This document shows, in pieces, positions 57,895 through 64,000 of a stretch of DNA of 64,000 bases. How positions within the stretch are numbered: the first letter of the stretch is position 1; every line of letters begins with the position of its first letter. The notes beneath the pieces are model-generated. The model made no database searches and had not been told where the DNA came from. It saw only the letters and a program-made list of their open reading frames with translations. The stretch is from Nitrosarchaeum sp. (lineage in GTDB: Archaea > Thermoproteota > Nitrososphaeria > Nitrososphaerales > Nitrosopumilaceae): positions 1,760,001 through 1,824,000 of the forward strand of contig OZ245020.1 of NCBI GenBank assembly GCA_965223865.1, given 5' to 3'. Both the position numbers and the translations under genes were made by a program.

Positions 57895-58845
57895 TTATTT
57901 TCGAGTTTTTTTCTTTGTAGCTACTTTCTTTGCTGGTTTCTTTGTAGCTACTTTCTTTGCTGGTTTCTTTGTAGCTACTTTCTTTGCTGGTTTCTTTGTA
58001 GCTACTTTCTTTGCTGGTTTCTTTGTAGCTACTTTCTTTGCTGGTTTCTTTGTAGCTACTTTCTTTGCTGGTTTCTTTGTAGCTACTTTCTTTGCTGGTT
58101 TCTTTGTAGCTACTTTCTTTGCTGGTTTCTTTGTAGCTACTTTCTTTGCTGGTTTCTTTGTAGCTACTTTCTTTGCTGGTTTCTTTGTAGCTACTTTCTT
58201 TGCTGGTTTCCTCTTAAGATAATCTTGAAGCCGTTTTGTGGCTCTTTCGAGAGCCTTTTTAGCAGATTCCTCTGCTCTTGACCTTCTTTCAAGTTCTACT
58301 GCAAGTTTTTGGACCTCTTTATGACTTGAGGCCATTTTTTCTCTCAAAGCAGGTTTTGAATGAGTCTGTTTTTGGATTTTGGAAGTAATTGTCGATTTTA
58401 TATTACTGAATTTGGCAATATCATCAGAAATCTTTTTAGCAGTTTTTGTTCTATTTTTTATCTCAAGTTCTAGTTCTTGAACATGATCTTTGAGGGATCT
58501 TAATCTCGATTCGGCATACCCTTTTTCTTCAGGATTATCAGCAAATTCAATTTCTTGTTCGGCTTGAGCGATTGCATCTTTTTCAAGGGTTAATCGTTCC
58601 TTAGCAGTAGAGATTAATCTTTCAATGCTTTCTATTTGAGCATTTTTTTGAACAAGAGTTTCAGAAACATCTGATGCATCTTCTTTTTGAGATTCAATTT
58701 TTTTCTCTATGGTGTTTAATCCTGAGGATGATCTTCTTTCAAGAGATTTGTATTCTTTTAATTGCTTTTCAGCTTTATTTTTTAATCTAGTAGCTTCTCG
58801 TTTCTTTTTTCTTAGATCATTAACTAATTTTTCTAGAGTTACCAA
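57895..58845 (-). CDS. Long coiled-coil protein with histone-H1-like KKPAKKVAT tail
   Basis: About 210 aa of heptad pattern followed by 11 copies of KKPAKKVAT. Confidence 0.85.
   Translation of the reverse strand: MVTLEKLVNDLRKKKREATRLKNKAEKQLKEYKSLERRSSSGLNTIEKKIESQKEDASDVSETLVQKNAQIESIERLISTAKERLTLEKDAIAQAEQEIEFADNPEEKGYAESRLRSLKDHVQELELEIKNRTKTAKKISDDIAKFSNIKSTITSKIQKQTHSKPALREKMASSHKEVQKLAVELERRSRAEESAKKALERATKRLQDYLKRKPAKKVATKKPAKKVATKKPAKKVATKKPAKKVATKKPAKKVATKKPAKKVATKKPAKKVATKKPAKKVATKKPAKKVATKKPAKKVATKKPAKKVATKKKTRK
57910..58210. repeat. Perfect 27-bp tandem repeat, 11 copies
   Basis: Unit tttctttgtagctactttctttgctgg with no visible substitutions. Confidence 0.95.
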
Positions 58846-58981
58846 TGTCTAAACCAAAGCCTGAGACTCGGTTAAGTTGTTATTATAATCAGGATTTGAC
58901 TTACCAGTTAAGAAAATTAACATAATTTGATCCTATTGGACATTTTTAAAAAATATTAGTCAAAGCGTCTTAGAAAAATTA

Positions 58982-59293
58982 ATGGATTTTCATCCAAAGG
59001 ATTTACCAGTTGCCAAGACATTTGATCTAAAAGACGTCAAAGACGCAAACGATGCAGTTGAGGAGATGGTAAAGATGGGTTTCAGTCAGAGAAAAGAGGG
59101 ATTCAGGGTATTTATGCCAAAAGAAACAAAATTAGCAAAAAGAATAGGATTCACTATTACCACCGGAGTGACAGCAGGTCTTAGAGAGAAAAACGAAATT
59201 AGAGATGTCAAGTACTGGACATATCACCATGACAAAGAACATTATGCCATAGTTTTGATTAGCAATACAGCTCTAACAGAGTTAGGATTTTGA
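58982..59293 (+). CDS. Hypothetical protein
   Basis: 103-aa ORF with upstream TTTTTAAA. Confidence 0.7.
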   Translation: MDFHPKDLPVAKTFDLKDVKDANDAVEEMVKMGFSQRKEGFRVFMPKETKLAKRIGFTITTGVTAGLREKNEIRDVKYWTYHHDKEHYAIVLISNTALTELGF

Positions 59294-59950
59294 TTTTTCA
59301 AATATTTTATACAATTTTGTTCTTTTTGCCATGACACCGGTAAGCATTATACCTAGAATTGCACCACCAAGAACATCCATAGGATAGTGTTGAAGAACAT
59401 AGACCCTGCTTATTGATACAAGTATTGGATAGAGGAAGAGCAAATAGGCACCTCTCGGGAATCGTTCAGATAAGGCATACCCAAGAACAACTCCAAATAT
59501 TACAGATCTTGCTGCATGGCCTGATGGATAAGAGGCATTAAAACCGCCTTCACAAAATAGCGCAAATGTATCACGGCTAATATCAACTGGAAAAGGTACA
59601 CCTTCATATTCAAAATCAGGTCTGTCCCTATCAACCCCACATTTGATGTATCCTGTAAGGAGAGTTGATAGTACTATCAATATCATAAGAGTTATCCCGA
59701 TCCTCCTAGTCTTTTTTAGTGCAAGCATTAAGATTCCAAATCCCAACATGTAAAAAGTATCTCCAGTTTCAGTAATTATCTGCATAATTAGATCAGCAGA
59801 GTCATTTCCAGAACTTTCAATAACAAACGAAACGATTGATTGATCAAATTCTTCAGTAATTTCATAGATTACTAACAGGGATACAAAAACAAAAGCTCCA
59901 ACCAGTAAAACAAAGGAACGTGATCTGATATCAAAAATCCAATTTTTCAA
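59282..59950 (-). CDS. PAP2-family membrane phosphatase
   Basis: K....R.RP, SYPSGH and SRVY...HYP.DV.GG. Confidence 0.92.
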   Translation of the reverse strand: MKNWIFDIRSRSFVLLVGAFVFVSLLVIYEITEEFDQSIVSFVIESSGNDSADLIMQIITETGDTFYMLGFGILMLALKKTRRIGITLMILIVLSTLLTGYIKCGVDRDRPDFEYEGVPFPVDISRDTFALFCEGGFNASYPSGHAARSVIFGVVLGYALSERFPRGAYLLFLYPILVSISRVYVLQHYPMDVLGGAILGIMLTGVMAKRTKLYKIFEKSKS

Positions 59951-60012
59951 TTAACCAAACCTCAAGTATGTTACGTTTAATTTTTCTCAATTGGTAAAGC
60001 TTTGGAAATAAG

Positions 60013-60360
60013 CTAGATACTAGATTTGCAAGATTCATTTGGACAAGTTCTAGATTCTGAAGCCCCTAGATAAACATCAAAATTACAAGTGTTACAATGA
60101 TATTTTTCAATAGGATCAAAGAGCTTTAGCCATATCGTAGTAAAATTCTGAGCGATGTTTCTTGTAAGACCAGAATCACAAATTTCTTTAATATATGGTT
60201 CAATATCATCAACAATCCAGGATGGATCTAAATCTCCATTTTGTTTTAATTTTTCAAAAATTTCATCATTTGTAAATCTTGCATCAACATCGTTGTGTTG
60301 TTCAAAAATTATTTTTCTAATTTGAAGTGAAATTGGAGTTGAAGGAGTAAAATCACCCAT
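60013..60360 (-). CDS. Hypothetical protein, winged-helix-like with C-terminal zinc ribbon
   Basis: CNTC...CPNESC; last gene of the suf string. Confidence 0.65.
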   Translation of the reverse strand: MGDFTPSTPISLQIRKIIFEQHNDVDARFTNDEIFEKLKQNGDLDPSWIVDDIEPYIKEICDSGLTRNIAQNFTTIWLKLFDPIEKYHCNTCNFDVYLGASESRTCPNESCKSSI

Positions 60361-60361
60361 A

Positions 60362-60805
60362 CTAGTATAGGCTCGCTGCTTCTTCTTTTAACTTATCTAC
60401 ATCCTCAGAATCTTTCATGTGTTTTCCAAGATAAGAATAGAGGGCTGATTTGAGTACTTTTAGTGACAGTAGTGCACATTTTATTCGGACTGCCTGTAAA
60501 TTCTCCAATCCAAGTTCACCCAAAACATCATTTTTTTCAATTTGTCTTACCTCATCAATTTTTTTTCCCTTTGTTATTTCAGTTAGAACTGAAGAGCATG
60601 CCATGCAAATGGCGCAGCCTTTGCCGTGAAACTTGATATCAGTAACGGTACTATCGTCAATTTTCATATCAATGTCAATGCTATCCCCACATAGAGGGTT
60701 AGAGTCATGAAATGTAACATCAGGATTTTCAATCTCACCATAGTTAACAGGGTTTCTTGAATAATCAATTATCATCTCATGGTAAATGTCTGCATTACTG
60801 CTCAT
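60362..60805 (-). CDS. sufU: Fe-S scaffold / sulfur transfer protein SufU (IscU family)
   Basis: NPLCGD, GCAIC.A and RIKCALL. Confidence 0.92.
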   Translation of the reverse strand: MSSNADIYHEMIIDYSRNPVNYGEIENPDVTFHDSNPLCGDSIDIDMKIDDSTVTDIKFHGKGCAICMACSSVLTEITKGKKIDEVRQIEKNDVLGELGLENLQAVRIKCALLSLKVLKSALYSYLGKHMKDSEDVDKLKEEAASLY

Positions 60806-62043
60806 AATTTGAATAACCTCGCTACCTTATTTAATGAATTTACCAAGGCATCAACATCTTCTTTGGTATTGTAAATATAGAAACTTGCTCTTGATGTTGC
60901 AGCAACATTTAGTCTTTCCATCAAAACCTGAGCACAGTGGTGTCCTGACCTGACAGCAATTCCTTCCTCATCGATAATTTGTGCAACATCATGGGGATGA
61001 ACATCTGCAAAATTAAAAGAGATCACCCCTCCTCGTTTTGAAATATCCTTTGTTCCATAGATTTGAAGACCATTTACTTGAGAAAGTTTGTCAATAGCAT
61101 ATTGAGTTAGTTCAATTTCATGATGTCTAACATTTTCCATTCCAATAGAGTTCAGATAATCTATTGCAGCCCCCAATCCAACAACATCTGCAATATTTGG
61201 GGTGCCAGCTTCAAATTTGTATGGTAAATCATTCCATGTAGTTTCATACTTGTGAACTTCTCTTATCATATCACCACCGCCATGAAATGGATTCATTGTT
61301 TCTAGAACTTGTTTTCTTACCCAAAGGACACCAATTCCAGTAGGTCCAAGCATTTTATGCCCTGAGAACGCAAAAAAGTCGCATTCTAATTTTTCAATAT
61401 CTACTTTCATGTGAGGAACTGCTTGTGCCCCATCAACTAGAGTTAAAACTCCTTTTGCTTTACATTTTGCAATAATTTTTTCAGCATCAGTAATTGTTCC
61501 CAAAACATTAGACATTAGGCTAAAAGTCACTAGTTTTACCTTTCCTGTATCAAGTAGCTTATCTAAATCTTCTAGGATTAGCTCACCATTGTCATCCATT
61601 CCAATGTACTCTATCTTTGCATGTTTTTCCTGTGTAAGAAGCTGCCATGGGACAATGTTGCTATGATGCTCATATTCAGTTGAAACTATAATGTCATCCT
61701 CTTTTACATGAGTTCTGCCCCATGCATAAGCCACCAGATTAATTGCCTCTGTTGTTCCTCTAACAAAGATTATTTCCTCTCGGTTTTTGATATTGACAAA
61801 ATTTGCAATCTTGTCTCTCGTAGATTCAAAAGCCTCTGTTGCTTCTTCTGCTAGGGCATACACTGCTCTGTGAATATTTGCATTGTGGTTTTGATAGTAA
61901 TCGGTAATTGCATTGATTACTTGATTTGGTTTTTGTGTAGTTGATGCATTATCAAGATAAACAAGGGGTTTGTTTTCTCGTACCTTTCTTTTTAGGATTG
62001 GGAAATCATTTCTTAAATTTTCAAAAGTTTGAGAGCTTTGCAA
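60802..62043 (-). CDS. sufS: Cysteine desulfurase SufS
   Basis: YLDNASTTQKP, SGHKMLGPTGIG and RSGHHCA. Confidence 0.96.
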   Translation of the reverse strand: MQSSQTFENLRNDFPILKRKVRENKPLVYLDNASTTQKPNQVINAITDYYQNHNANIHRAVYALAEEATEAFESTRDKIANFVNIKNREEIIFVRGTTEAINLVAYAWGRTHVKEDDIIVSTEYEHHSNIVPWQLLTQEKHAKIEYIGMDDNGELILEDLDKLLDTGKVKLVTFSLMSNVLGTITDAEKIIAKCKAKGVLTLVDGAQAVPHMKVDIEKLECDFFAFSGHKMLGPTGIGVLWVRKQVLETMNPFHGGGDMIREVHKYETTWNDLPYKFEAGTPNIADVVGLGAAIDYLNSIGMENVRHHEIELTQYAIDKLSQVNGLQIYGTKDISKRGGVISFNFADVHPHDVAQIIDEEGIAVRSGHHCAQVLMERLNVAATSRASFYIYNTKEDVDALVNSLNKVARLFKL

Positions 62044-62047
62044 ATCT

Positions 62048-62365
62048 TTAAACCTCCACGTAAATCTCGTTTTGCTCTATTTTAACATTGTATACTCTAA
62101 GAGGAGTTTCTGCAGGAAGATTTTGTGGTTTACCATTCTCCAAATTAAAAACAGAAAGATGTAATGGGCAACGAACACCTTCATCACTTAGAAATCCGGT
62201 AGAAAGATCAGCTTCTGCATGAGTACAAATCAGATCAGTGGCATGAATTTTTCCTTTTTGGTTTGCAATGAGAATTTTTTTATCATCATGATTTAATCCA
62301 AAAAGTTGACCTTCTTGTACTTGATCTAAATTACAAGCTTTAATCCACTGAACCAGGTTAATCAC
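62048..62365 (-). CDS. Rieske [2Fe-2S] ferredoxin
   Basis: CTH...CPLH.S.F.L..G. Confidence 0.92.
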   Translation of the reverse strand: MINLVQWIKACNLDQVQEGQLFGLNHDDKKILIANQKGKIHATDLICTHAEADLSTGFLSDEGVRCPLHLSVFNLENGKPQNLPAETPLRVYNVKIEQNEIYVEV

Positions 62366-63762
62366 CTATACTTGTAGTGTTGTTCTATTTCAGAATCTTC
62401 GTTATAACGAGTTTCTTCAACTTCAACAAATTTTGCAAGCTCTTCATCTGTATTGATGGTAAGTTCTCTTTCTTCCCATTTTGATTCAATAAGATATGCA
62501 ATCCAGGCTCTTACCTGATAGGACATTTTTCTAGAAAGTGGTTCTAAGAAGCCTTCAACAATTGTTCTTTCTGCTTCTTCTTTTGAGAGACACCTTGACT
62601 GTAAGTAGAATATTTGTTCTTCATCAATTTGTGCAACTGAGGCAGAGTGTGTTGCTTTTACATCATTTGTGAAAATCTCAAGGCCTGGAATTGCATCTGA
62701 TTTTGCATCTTTATCAAGAAGAATAGAGCGTCCAGACAAAAATGAGTTTGATTTTGATGCATTTTCTTTGATTCTAATCATCCCTTTGAAAAGGGATTTT
62801 GCCTTATCTTTTAGTATGGATTTTTCAACCACTCTACCTTCCGTAGCTGGACTTTGATGGTTCACATTTGTTTGAATATCAAAGTCTTGGTTGTTGTTTC
62901 CAAATACAACCTCAGAGTCATTAGCTGATGCTCCTGTTCCATTTAGAAAATATTCAATCTTATATCTAGATAAAAGGGAGCCAAATAAACCAGAATACCA
63001 GTTTACTTTTGCATCTTGCCCCAAATCAGTTCTTCTAGTTGAGAAATTAACAGTACTTTGATCCATTACCTGTAGCGTAGTAATATCTATTTGTGAATTT
63101 GCAGCAGCTGTTGTGTTGAGTAATTCAAGATATGCTTGTTGTTTTTCTGCTTTTGGAGAGTATAGTTCTTGAACAATTGTAGCTTTGCTATTCTCATCTG
63201 CAAACAATACATTTCTTGAAATGGTAGAAATACCGTCTTCACTTAAACAAGAAACAACATGAATTGGATTATCTAAAATTACATTTTTTGGAATGTGAAT
63301 AAATATTCCAGAGTTAAATGCAGCATTATTTAATGCAGTAAATTTATCTTCATTTGAGGTTGATGATTCAAGTGCCTTTTTGACCAGGTCCTGGTTATTT
63401 TGAATTGCATCTGCAATAGAACTAATTACAACTCCTTTTGATTTTACATCATCAGCAATGTTGATTTTGTGAATGTTTGTACCAATTTGAATAATACATG
63501 TTTGGTTTTCTAGCTCACCTAATCTTTTTTGCAAAAATGAGGGAACAGAATCAGTAGTCTTTGTTGCAAATGAGACTTGTTCAGGATCCATCTTTTTTGC
63601 ATCAGTGTATTTGTTGTATAATGGAGATGTTTCAATTGGCAAAGTCTCATATATTGAAAGAGAGTTCTTTCGATATTCCTTTAACCAATCAGGTTCATTT
63701 CTTGAAGAGGAAATTTCTTCAATGTGACTAGGATTAATTTTTGATAATGTTTGTTGAGACAT
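62362..63762 (-). CDS. sufD: SufD
   Basis: DAIPGLEI..NDVKATHSASV and FYLQSR; follows sufB. Confidence 0.92.
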   Translation of the reverse strand: MSQQTLSKINPSHIEEISSSRNEPDWLKEYRKNSLSIYETLPIETSPLYNKYTDAKKMDPEQVSFATKTTDSVPSFLQKRLGELENQTCIIQIGTNIHKINIADDVKSKGVVISSIADAIQNNQDLVKKALESSTSNEDKFTALNNAAFNSGIFIHIPKNVILDNPIHVVSCLSEDGISTISRNVLFADENSKATIVQELYSPKAEKQQAYLELLNTTAAANSQIDITTLQVMDQSTVNFSTRRTDLGQDAKVNWYSGLFGSLLSRYKIEYFLNGTGASANDSEVVFGNNNQDFDIQTNVNHQSPATEGRVVEKSILKDKAKSLFKGMIRIKENASKSNSFLSGRSILLDKDAKSDAIPGLEIFTNDVKATHSASVAQIDEEQIFYLQSRCLSKEEAERTIVEGFLEPLSRKMSYQVRAWIAYLIESKWEERELTINTDEELAKFVEVEETRYNEDSEIEQHYKYR

Positions 63763-63783
63763 GTCTTTTTAAAATTAATGTGG

Positions 63784-64000
63784 TTAGCCTACAGAGTCAT
63801 CCATTTCTAGCTTTATGAGTCGGTTTAGCTCAACTGCGTATTCCATTGGGAGTTCTTTTGTAAATGGCTCCATGAATCCATTAACAATTAGAGATAGTGC
63901 TTCTTCTTCAGTAAATCCTCTAGTCATAAGGTAGAAGATTTGTTCATCGCCAATTTTTCCTACAGTTGCCTCGTGAGTAATTGTGGCATCTTCTTGATTA
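63784..64000 (-). CDS. sufB: SufB, C-terminal part (gene continues beyond window)
   Basis: [20 protein letters not shown]...VNGF...[24 protein letters not shown]. Confidence 0.93.
   Translation of the reverse strand, partial: NQEDATITHEATVGKIGDEQIFYLMTRGFTEEEALSLIVNGFMEPFTKELPMEYAVELNRLIKLEMDDSVG

Noticed and set aside
57910-58210. 27-bp repeats as a CRISPR array
   Set aside because: Head-to-tail units with no spacers, in frame within a CDS, and no cas genes in the window.
9019-62857. Many 60-190 aa antisense ORFs in the track (e.g. 9019-9585, 14452-14871, 27191-27562, 32654-33019, 51475-51774)
   Set aside because: Fully nested opposite well-supported genes, with composition typical of reverse-frame shadows.

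Overview
AT-rich (roughly one-third GC, judged by eye) chromosomal segment of an ammonia-oxidising archaeon (Nitrososphaerota, Nitrosopumilus-like). The assignment rests on archaeal informational genes (TFB x2, aIF1A, aIF5A, SRP54/19, Gar1, Pus10, eS8/eS24/eS31, intron-containing tRNAs) and on exported proteins with W(I/V)KNNAGWW repeats. Most of the window is housekeeping: futalosine-pathway menaquinone genes, a complete archaeal shikimate/aromatic cluster, thiC/thiDN, scpAB, sufC and sufBD-Rieske-sufSU, and siroheme/heme genes. The best candidate for an undescribed system is 49.2-55.7 kb. It holds a cobalamin-binding protein with the CarH-type W-x9-EH and E-x-H motifs but a non-MerR N-terminal domain. 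Around it are DUF1722, a phytoene-desaturase-like flavoprotein, an SRPBCC protein, several unannotated small ORFs and an alternative TFB. Seven promoters in the block carry the same TT(A/G)(G/C)CACTA box 19-21 nt upstream of a TATA-like element, which suggests a B12-based light/redox regulon. Other elements missed by the ORF track: a box C/D RNA predicted to guide Cm34 of a CAU-anticodon tRNA, a tRNA-Tyr intron with H/ACA-like geometry, a GC-rich structured RNA candidate between aroA and aroC, a decayed integrative element at tRNA-Arg, a frameshifted repeat-protein paralogue and several small proteins. All calls come from reading the sequence by eye; no database searches were run.
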